Shown here piece after piece: positions 26,600 through 35,746 of a DNA stretch of 64,000 nucleotides. The translations under genes were made by a program, and so were the position numbers. A model generated the notes under the pieces. The model was given only the letters and a program-made list of their open reading frames with translations. It searched no databases and was not told the origin of the DNA. Positions within the stretch are counted from its first letter, which is position 1. Every line of letters begins with the position of its first letter. Location of the stretch: the NCBI GenBank assembly GCA_032718475.1, contig JAUCBJ010002546.1:1-64000 (forward strand), read 5' to 3'. The DNA is from Nemertoderma westbladi. Lineage: Eukaryota; Animalia; Xenacoelomorpha.

Positions 26600-26820
26600 T
26601 GCAATAAATAACTAATTCTTTTACAAAAAGAAAGTATTATTTTTTATCCAACTTTTTTATCCGCATTTTCGAGGAATAATAGAACATTTTTAAAAGAGTT
26701 CTACATTTTTTCCCATGTAGTAAATAATTATTTTGTCCGCATATGCGGACAAAAAATTATTTTATGTCCGCATTTTCGCGGATAAAAAAGTGAATTTTTA
26801 AAAGAATAATTATTATTTTG
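26600..26820. repeat. AT-rich imperfect inverted repeat (MITE-like) with TTTTGTCCGCATATGCGGACAAAA palindrome
   Basis: Perfect 24-bp palindrome at 26731-26754; TCCGCATTTTCG repeated on both sides. Confidence 0.5.
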
Positions 26821-27602
26821 TTAGTTTCTCTTTATAGAAGGAAATTAGGCGTACATAAAATCCCGCCTTTTGCTGTTATATACATTAATGTTAATGTTAA
26901 AAATAAAACCAAAACATTAGTAAAATAGAGGAGTTAAAATAAAGCAAAGTCCCATTCCCATGTAATGAATAGTAGCCTTTATTATCACCGTATTACAATT
27001 AATATTCTTACCAATGTCTGTCTCCCTTTTGAAAGTTATTTTGAAATACCGGTATTTCTCTTATTTACGAATTATACTGTTAACCACATAACCAGCTGTT
27101 CAGTGTTCATTCTGATACCACACATTCACATTTATTTTCAATTAGATTTACCTGAAATCATTCACGAGTTTAGTATCGGTAGTCACAAGGCTAATTATGT
27201 CTAATTGATTTACCAACATATTTTCCAACTGTCTATCACATTCCCACATTATTTCCCAGCATATCACTACGCCATGCGTGTAGGCCCTACGTTTCGGTAT
27301 TTCTAAATAATGCCTAAATATAGAAATGACGTCTTTTGAAATTGTAATTTTAGGAAAAAATTAATATCTGAAAAAATGGATTTGGGGCCGACCTTAAGGT
27401 ACTTGAAAGCAACTTCGTTTAATGCAACTTCGGAAAAGATTAATATTTATTTTATGGGGTCCAAAAAATTTTGCAATTGGTGTGGGAGGGGTTAGGGGTA
27501 GGGGCAGGGGGATTTATAATTTCACTAAAAACACTACTAGTCCCTCAATCTTGGTTTAAATTTCTTGAAATCAATTTTTTTGATTCAGTATGATCTACTC
27601 TA

Positions 27603-27864
27603 CGCCAGCCGGTTTAGGCCCTGCCCGTCTATCTGCCATCCCTGGTACTGAGGGCACTGCCAACTACCAGATAGAAGTATAGGTCTGTCTGTGTAGTACC
27701 GGTACAGCACAGCGTGTTGCGTACCGATGACCGATCTGTTGTTGTTACTTCTTCTGACTGTTATTGCTTTATATATATATCTATACTCATTCGTGTATTG
27801 ATCAATATAGTTAACCCGCTTCACTCACCACATTGTTCCTTACGCTATTGCTTCACTTCTGGCG
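27603..27864 (+). repeat. 5' LTR
   Basis: Near-identical to 33493-33754; internal TTTATATATATA TATA-like tract. Confidence 0.95.
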
Positions 27865-27880
27865 TGGTGTCACCGTGTGC
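27865..27880 (+). promoter_or_regulatory. Putative primer-binding site
   Basis: TGGTGTCA directly after the 5' LTR (TGG pairs with tRNA CCA); cognate tRNA not established. Confidence 0.55.
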
Positions 27881-27969
27881 TTCGTTTCCCACTCCTCGCC
27901 ATCTACTACAACAACAGATCCATCCACTCAGCCCTCCTTCAGTCCTTACGTTACCTACTTACCGTTATC

Positions 27970-29508
27970 ATGGCATTTAACGGCTCACTGAAGCCTCCCA
28001 AACTGGCTCCACTCAATAAATCTGAGACGATCAACTCCTTTGAGGTTTGGCGCCACAACATAACTTATTCGCTTGCGCTCCAACCTCAATTTGCGCAGTT
28101 CACGGTCCCGGGCACAACCTGGTTGCGCCAAACCCGCGCTATACCCTTCCGCGGTTTTGCCGACGACCCGGAAACTGTGGCCCCAGCCAACCGCCGTACT
28201 GCCCTTCAAAAGACCACGGCTCTAGATCTTATGCTCGGTCAGATCGCCAATTACGCCCCCGTTATCGCACGTAACTCGATCATTCGAGACTCCACGTCCT
28301 TGCCCTCTATATGGCAGGACATACGCCTCCATTACGGCTTCCAAGCGACCGGAGCTCATTTCCTCTCCTTCTCCGATATCTCTCTCCTTCATGAGGAGCG
28401 CCCCGAAGACCTCTTCCAGCGTTTATCGGCTTTTGTGGACGATAATTTACTCCAATGGGACGGTGGAATTTCCCACCACAGGATTCTCCCCGATGATGAC
28501 GAGGAGCTGTCCCCCTCTCTCGAGAACTTCGTTGTACTCATATGGCTCCGCCTTATCCACCCGGACCTCCCTCGATTGGTTCAACAACGGTATGGCACGG
28601 AGCTCCGGTCTCGTACGCTGGCCAGTATCAAACCCGAGATCTCCCAGGCTCTGTCTTCTCTTCTCGACGAGCTCCACACTGCCGCGGAAGTGCGTACCTT
28701 CCGTGCCCAGACTCGTCGGACCCCACCTACATCCTCAGGTCTCGGTCCGAGTTCCACTGGCCGCGGACTTTCCCGTTCCGTTCGCCAGTGTCCCCTATGC
28801 TCCCAGACTAAACGCACTCCCACCAACCACTTTCTCAGTGCATGCCCATTCCTTCCCCCTGCTGACAAGCGCTTTATCTCACGTGCCCATCTTGTCTACG
28901 TCGATGGTGACAACGACAATGACGCTTTCTATGAACAACCGGATAACGATAACGACTCCGTCGCCAGTCCACCTCCCTATCCGACGGTTAATATCGTCGC
29001 TGTACGCCCGAGTCCAACCTTTACAGCGCATTATAAAGGTAAACCCATCCAGGTTCTCCTCGATTGCTGCGCCGAATCCGACCTCATGTCACACGACGCT
29101 GCACTCCGACTCGGCGTTCCGATCTCGCGTGGCTCCCGCCAGATCCCGATCGGGGCCGACGGTTCCCCCGTTTCAGGTGTAGTTGGGGAGAGTTCCTTCT
29201 CCCTCACCCATAACGACCTCCAGTTTAGCTTCCGTGGACTCGTTGTCGACAGCCTCAACGTTCCACTACTCGCTGGCGTTCCATTTCTATCCACCAATGA
29301 TATTGGTATCCGTCCGGCCCAGTCACTGATTACCTTCGCGGATGGCAGTTCCATCCAGTACCCCCGGCAGGTCATCCCCGACCCACTATCCGTCGGACAA
29401 CGACCCAGATTCTGCGCGCCCCCATACGATCTTCCATTCTTCTCCCCGGCGACGCCCTCACATTACAGCTTCCAGCCCATCTCTCGGATTCCGACTCTCT
29501 CCTTGTGA
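27970..29508 (+). CDS. gag: Gag + aspartic protease (leaves the real frame near 29395)
   Basis: ATG at 27970 (MAFNGSLKPPK); LMLGQIANYAP, ERPEDLFQRL, Zn finger CPLC-x9-H-x4-C, protease LLDCCAESD. Confidence 0.85.
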   Translation: MAFNGSLKPPKLAPLNKSETINSFEVWRHNITYSLALQPQFAQFTVPGTTWLRQTRAIPFRGFADDPETVAPANRRTALQKTTALDLMLGQIANYAPVIARNSIIRDSTSLPSIWQDIRLHYGFQATGAHFLSFSDISLLHEERPEDLFQRLSAFVDDNLLQWDGGISHHRILPDDDEELSPSLENFVVLIWLRLIHPDLPRLVQQRYGTELRSRTLASIKPEISQALSSLLDELHTAAEVRTFRAQTRRTPPTSSGLGPSSTGRGLSRSVRQCPLCSQTKRTPTNHFLSACPFLPPADKRFISRAHLVYVDGDNDNDAFYEQPDNDNDSVASPPPYPTVNIVAVRPSPTFTAHYKGKPIQVLLDCCAESDLMSHDAALRLGVPISRGSRQIPIGADGSPVSGVVGESSFSLTHNDLQFSFRGLVVDSLNVPLLAGVPFLSTNDIGIRPAQSLITFADGSSIQYPRQVIPDPLSVGQRPRFCAPPYDLPFFSPATPSHYSFQPISRIPTLSL

Positions 29509-32500
29509 CACCCCATGTGATTAACCAACGGTCGCACGTAACTCCCCCCAAGCCTTGGTTCTCCCCCATGCAGCTCCAACCCGCAGCCGGTTCCATTACC
29601 ATTCCAAACTCTGCTCCCTACCCCATCTTCATTCAACGGAACTCCCACGTCTGCTCCGCCCTACCCACCACAGCTACCCCCATGAAACAACTTGAACAGT
29701 CCTTACCCTGTCCCGAAATCCGCTCTGCTTCCGTTGTCTCCCATGACCCTCCACCTATAAAGGCAGTCCAGATCGACCCACAGGGCATCCTCTCTTACCG
29801 TGAGCGTGCTGCCTTCCACGATCTACTCGAGGAGTTTTCTGACGTCTTCGATCCCACGTACCCCGGATACAATGGGTCTGCCGGCCCATTCGAAGCTGTC
29901 GTCAACGTGACCCCTACGTTGCCACCTCAACGTAAAGGTCGTGTACCGCAAAACTCCCGTGACTGACTCGTTGAACTACAAGAGAAGTTTGACTCTCTCG
30001 AGCGTCTTGGCGTCTTCATTCGCCCAGAACTAGCCGGTGTCACCATAGAGTACTTGAACCCAAGCTTCCTTGTCGCTAAACCCAATGGAGGAACTCGGCT
30101 CGTTACGGCGTTCACGGAGATCGCCCAGTATTGTAAGCCCCAACCCGCACTCCTCCCAGATGTCGAATCCACCATTCGAGCCCTGGGTCGGTTCAAGTTC
30201 CTCGTTAAGGCAGACCTCACGAGCGCCTTTTACCAAATCCCACTCCATCGCAACTCCATGCGTTTCTGCGGCGTATCCACACCATTTCGTGGTGTCCGTG
30301 TCTACCGCCGCTGTGCCATGGGCATGCCCGGCAGCAAAACGGCTCTCGAGGAGTTGATGTCTCGCGTCCTCGGCGATCTCCTCGCCCAGGGATCCGTCGT
30401 CAAACTTGCCGATGATATCTACTGCGGTGGCGATACCATCCCCGAACTCCTTCTCAATTTCACCGCCCTCCTCCGCGCCCTACACCTTGCCGGGTTGCGT
30501 TTGTCCCCAAAGAAAACCATCATTTGCCCCCAAACTACCACCATCCTTGGTTGGGTATGGTCTAGCGGTTCCTTATCTGCTTCCCCACATATCACAGCCG
30601 CCTTATCCCACTGTCCTACACCATCCACCGTCCGCGACCTACGGTCGTTCCTCGGTTCCTACAAGGTTCTCTCCCGCGTACTCCCCCGGTGTTCTGCACT
30701 TATCTCTCCGCTCGAAGCCCTCCTTACCCCCAAGGCCGGCGACCCTGTCGCTTGGACTCCCAATCTCGAGTCTACATTTCGACAATCCCAAGCCGCCCTA
30801 CAATCCTGCAGGTCAGTAACGATCCCGCGTCCTACCGACGAACTCTTCCTTGTCACCGACGCCGCCTCGTCCGTCGATGGTCTAGGCGCAGTCCTCTACG
30901 CGAAACGTTCCAAAGAATTACTCCTCGCCGGGTTTTATTCCTGCAAGCTCAAGGCCCACCAACATACATGGCTTCCTTGCGAGTTGGAGGCACTCGCTAT
31001 AGCGGCCTCCGTTCAACATTTCCTCCCATATCTTATCGCCTCTTCACGCCAACCACACGTTCTCACGGACAGTAAACCCTGTGTCGAAGCATTCAAAAAG
31101 TTGTCCCGCGGCGCATATTCGACTAGCCCACGTTTATCGACGTTCCTCGCCAGCGCCAGCCAGGCCCGTGTCACAGTATCCCACATCAAGGGTTCTACCA
31201 ACCTCCCGGCAGACTTCCAAAGCCGCAACGTTCGGCCGTGCTCTCTACAGTCATGCCAGGTGTGCGCGTTTGTCGCCTCCACTATAGAGTCCCCTATTGT
31301 CCGTCTCATTGCAAAGTCAAACACCCCCTCCTCCTTGCCACACGACAACCATCCCCCAATGTCCCTCGTTAACACTGTCACTACCCCCCTCCCGAATTGC
31401 TTTATCGCTTCCGATAGCCCGAATCCCCGTCCCCTTTATGCCAGTCGTCCTGCGTGGCTCGCCACACAATGCGAGTGCCCCGACCTAATCCGTGTTGCCG
31501 AAAACCTCGCATCCGGCACCCGTCCCTCCAGACGCGATACACATAGCCATGATATCAAGCGTTACCTAGGTGTATGTTCTCTGTTATCCTCTGGCCTTGT
31601 CGTAGTCCACCAACAGCGCCCCTTCACGTCACCCTATGACATCATCGTCGTTGCCCGCTCTGCTCTTATTGGCTTACTAACCTCACTACACATCGAACTC
31701 CAACACCCTTCGCGTTCCCAGCTGCGTACCACCTTTTCCCGATATTTCTACACCCTGGACCTCGACCGCGCTCTCAATGAGATTACCGTGCAATGTCACC
31801 AGTGCATCGCCCTCTCAACTGCCCCCAAGCGTACCGTGCCCCAGTCATCCATTGACCCGCCCCCCATCGTCGGCCTATCATTCGCTGCCGACGTCCTGCG
31901 CCGCCATTCCCAACGTATCCTCCTGTTACGGGAAACGGTATCGTCGTACTCAAATGCCGTTATACTTCCGGATGAACAGAGCGATACCCTACGTGATGCC
32001 TTAATCACCCTTGCCTTTGGCATGTGCCCCCTTAGTGGCCCCCCGGCTATCATCCGCACCGACCCAGCCCCAGGGTTCCAAGCCCTCGCCAACGACCCAA
32101 TCCTCCTATCCCACCACCTCCTCCTTGAGATCGGATCCCGCAAGAATGTAAATAAAAACCCAGTCGCCGAACACGCTATCGGCGAGCTACTCACCGAGCT
32201 CCTCCGACTCCGTCCCACTGGCGGCCCATTCTCGTCTACATCTCTCGCAATCGCTGTTGCAAACCTTAACTCTCGTCTACGCTCCCCTGGCCTATCCGCC
32301 CGCGAGATTTTATTCCAGCGGGACCAATACACGGGCGAACAAATTCCTCTCGTCGATACCGAGCTCATAGCCTCCCAACATGAGCGACGCCTAGCCAGCC
32401 ACACCTCCAGCGCCCGCTCTAAGACCCCCCACCCTACGGTACTCCCAGGATTTACCTCCCTCAAGGTGGGCGACCTCGTCCATTTATATGCCGATTCCCC

Positions 32501-32879
32501 CCGTGCCGGCGCTCGTCCACGATATATCGTCAGCACTATCGATGACACGTGGTGTTCCGTTCGTAAATTCGCGGGCAGCCAGCTCCGCGCTCACGCATAC
32601 CGCGTCCGCCAGGCCGATTGTTTCCTTGTACCTCGTCTCCAACCGCCAACCATGTCATACACTGAGGATTCAGATTCCGAGGCTGATGAGTGTTCCACAC
32701 TCCACGCTCATGCTACACCCGGCGTGACACCCCCTGTCGCGTTCCAACCAGCCCTAGAGTCCACCCCACAGTTAGACGACGTCCCTGAGCAGCCATTGCA
32801 CATTGCTGCTCCATCTGACCCACCCAACACCCGTCCTCGAAGAGAACGCCGCCCTCCGCAATACTACGGGTTTCCCTGA
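29396..32879 (+). pseudogene. pol: Pol (RT, RNase H, integrase) with one in-frame TGA at 29964-29966
   Basis: ADLTSAFYQIPL, AMGMPGS, LADDIY, VTDAAS..CELEAL..LTDSKP..ADFQSR, HHCC (HIELQH..CHQC), AADV..RTDP..VAE. ORFs 29505-29966 and 30054-32879 are in the same frame. Confidence 0.9.
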
Positions 32880-33181
32880 CGCTCCTCCCACGTTCCCGGA
32901 CAGTTGCACCTTGTCACATGACTCGCCCCAACGCAGCCTGTCTCCAGTTCCATTCACAGTTCTGAATTCGTTCTACCTACATACGTCCTACCCGACTTAT
33001 GATGGACTCCCAATTCTAAACTAGCTTTCGCCCTACCATTAGGTTGTTTCGTTGTACCCCACCATAGTTTTGGTCATGCTTTAGGTGTTGTCATAAATTC
33101 AAATTTATATTTTTAGCACAATCATTTTTGAGTAATGTTTTACCGTGAAAAATTTACTACTGATTCAGTTGACCTTAATAA

Positions 33182-33266
33182 TCCCTGTAGCTCAGGTGGC
33201 AGAGCGCCCGAACCGAAACCTGTCGGTCTCGAGTTCGATCCTTAGGAAAGCCAACTGTTTTTTTTT
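33182..33266 (+). ncRNA. tRNA-like/SINE-head Pol III cassette inside the retroelement 3' UTR
   Basis: A-box TAGCTCAGGTGG (33188-33199), D-stem GCTC/GAGC, B-box GAGTTCGATCC (33231-33241), T9 run (33258-33266); acceptor and anticodon arms imperfect. Confidence 0.55.
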
Positions 33267-33468
33267 CTTGTACTAAAGTTTTTGTTAGCAATCTCATAAC
33301 ACCCTATCTATCTTAGTTATGCGCTTGCATATTATTTACGCTAGTCTAATTGCTTCGTTTGTATTTTTGAATTTGTTTTCGTTTGTTAAGTACGAGTCCT
33401 TTCCTAATTACGTAATATTCGTTACGAACCGATATTTTGTGTTGTGTACCCGACAGGAGAAATACCCA

Positions 33469-33489
33469 GAGGTAAAAAGACGAAAGAAA
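33469..33489 (+). promoter_or_regulatory. Polypurine tract
   Basis: GAGGTAAAAAGACGAAAGAAA three bases before the 3' LTR. Confidence 0.6.
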
Positions 33490-33492
33490 TTG

Positions 33493-33754
33493 CGCCAGCC
33501 GGTTTAGGCCCTGCCCGTCTATCTGCCATCCCTGGTACTGACGGCACTGCCAACTACCAGATAGAAGTATAGGTCTGTCTGTGTAGTACCGGTACAGCAC
33601 AACGTGTTGCGTACCGATGACCGATCTGTTGTTGTTACTTCTTCTGACTGTTATTGCTTTATATATATATCTATACTCATTCGTGTATTGATCAATATAG
33701 TTAACCCGCTTCACTCACCACATTGTTCCTTACGCTATTGCTTCACTTCTGGCG
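33493..33754 (+). repeat. 3' LTR
   Basis: Near-identical to 27603-27864. Confidence 0.95.
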
Positions 33755-33799
33755 CTAAAACATTTATCTTATATTATATTTATCTTATATTACATAAAA

Positions 33800-34480
33800 A
33801 ATAAAGATTTTTTGAAATTCTATAAGATAAATGTTAAAGAACTGCCGAAACCCTTTCGATTGAACCTAAAATCATAAGATTTGGTTGACAAATGGCGGAG
33901 GAGTTGTGTTTTAAAATTGAAAATGTCATTCTGAGATAATTGCCTTTAAAGTTTGAAACTTCCCGCAAAAGCTGTCTGTAAATATGTAAGAATGTCTGTC
34001 AAAATTTATCTAGCAACAAGAAAGAACAAAACCTTGCTAAGATTTTTGCCATGGGGGTTTTCATGGTCTCTGATTTCATTTCGGAGGTCAGTTTTCAATT
34101 TTAAAGAAATCTAGTTAGTCCGTATGTCTGTCTGTCGGACTATACTACTATCCGACATTCTGTCCGTCAAATATAATAAAAGGTCACACCATCTAGCTAA
34201 ACGTTCAGCTATAGGGGTTTTCCTGGTCGCAGAATTCATTTCGAGTATCAGTTTTAAAATTTGATGATTTCCAAATTATTTTTCTGTTTGGCTGTCCGGT
34301 TCTCGGTAATATTTTGAAGGACAGACTCACAGGCATACAGACAGAAACGACGAGGTCAAATTTGAATATTGACATCAGAAATGAAGTCAACGACCGATTT
34401 TAGACAGATACAGTATTATGCTTTTTATTGACGGGCAGAGCGACAGTGAAATGGACAGACAGCCATATCTCGAGAAGTAA
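33800..34480. mobile_element. Old DNA-transposon remnant related to 25205-26466
   Basis: GGGGTTTTC.TGGTC.C.GA.TTCATTTCG....TCAGTTTT at ~34053 and ~34214 is the reverse complement of that element's internal repeat. Confidence 0.5.
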
Positions 34481-34733
34481 ATAGATCTTACGAATCGTTT
34501 TTTACAAATTTGGAATCTTGATGAACGTTATATGCACATATGCTTATTTTATTAAGCATATATTCGAGCAGATATGCTCGATTACTTAACCGATTCATTA
34601 ACTATCTCATACTGTACATGTATCTGTCTGTTCTGCCTTTAGTGCTGCTCCAACAACCTCTAATATGCCCTCTCGAGAGCCCCCTGTCCGTCACTATTGA
34701 AATATCCACTCTCTGGGGGATGTTTTCATAAAT

Positions 34734-35693
34734 TTGCTCCAACAATATATTTCGGGATATGGTGATGATGAATCTCATTATTTAGTTGTAACTGATTATG
34801 AAATAAAGATAAAGTATAATAAGCTATTTGGGCGCTTATGGCAGTTATTGAAATTAGAACCAAAATATCCAATAGATAATATCAAAGTTGAATTGAAAGA
34901 TGTAGAAGACGGTGTTGAAGAAATAGGCAAATTTATTTATCAACTTATGGACTCAATGGACCAAAATTTAAATGATATCAAGAATGAAATCAAAAATAAT
35001 ATGCTTTACAATATGTTTCAAAAAGTTGTTAACTTAAACATTGACCTTAAACGCAAGATAGAAGAAATAGAAAAAATCAACATATGTAAGGCAAGAGATA
35101 AAGTTAGATTGTTGATTGCTGAAGGATTTCTTAAAAAGGAGATTCAGAGAATAGAGAAGAGGGGGGACTCTTTTAAGAGAATAGAGAAGAGGGCGCACTT
35201 TTTTTTTCCCCAAATTTGTGATTTAAAATTTCGAGAACTCGAAGAAGAAGAAAATACAGTAATAGCGAGGGTTTTAAGGGTTGAGGCTAAAAAGAAAGTT
35301 ATCTTACCGAGTGATGATATTCCGTTTCCTGGCCAAGGGAAGAAATATGTCATTGCGAAGGAGCGATTAGTTAGGGGCGGTGTGCGGTTGGTGGAAGACA
35401 CAGATGCAAGCAGATTGGTGGAACGCCACGAAGGGATATTATACACAATCGGCGGTAGAAATTATTGTCTTGTTGATCGCAAAGATGATGATTACGTTTA
35501 CCTACCAAAAGACATCGATGGTCGCACGGATGTTATGGCGCCTTCAGCTTCAATAATCGATTACATATTGCTGCGACAAAGTAAACCACCAGGGGAGACA
35601 ATTGTTACAAAATTAATAACAGAGGAAGAGTTCGAGAAGTTTGAAGAACTGACTTTACGAATGAGAGATGAAACACGGTGCCGTATAATGTAG
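34734..35693 (+). CDS. Unknown protein, copy 2 (C-terminal CaaX 'CRIM'); true start uncertain
   Basis: 319-codon frame paralogous to 6957-7883; in-frame ATG at 34665 and TGA at 34698. Confidence 0.7.
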   Translation: MLQQYISGYGDDESHYLVVTDYEIKIKYNKLFGRLWQLLKLEPKYPIDNIKVELKDVEDGVEEIGKFIYQLMDSMDQNLNDIKNEIKNNMLYNMFQKVVNLNIDLKRKIEEIEKINICKARDKVRLLIAEGFLKKEIQRIEKRGDSFKRIEKRAHFFFPQICDLKFRELEEEENTVIARVLRVEAKKKVILPSDDIPFPGQGKKYVIAKERLVRGGVRLVEDTDASRLVERHEGILYTIGGRNYCLVDRKDDDYVYLPKDIDGRTDVMAPSASIIDYILLRQSKPPGETIVTKLITEEEFEKFEELTLRMRDETRCRIM

Positions 35694-35746
35694 GAATTAT
35701 CATACAACTGCACAGCCATTGATGAACGCAGAGTGTTGGTTAGCTC

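Larger units (their letters stand above)
27603..33754 (+). mobile_element. Full-length Gypsy-like LTR retrotransposon, probably Troyka group
   Basis: Two 262-bp LTRs (2 differences seen) with CGCCAG...CTGGCG termini; CTA on both flanks; gag-PR-RT-RH-IN order. Confidence 0.93.

Noticed and set aside
27600-27980. Small ORFs duplicated at 33346-33804
   Set aside because: Duplication simply reflects the two LTRs.
31796-32548. 250-aa antisense ORF and other overlapping ORFs in the retroelement
   Set aside because: Expected shadows of a GC-rich coding strand; no motifs.
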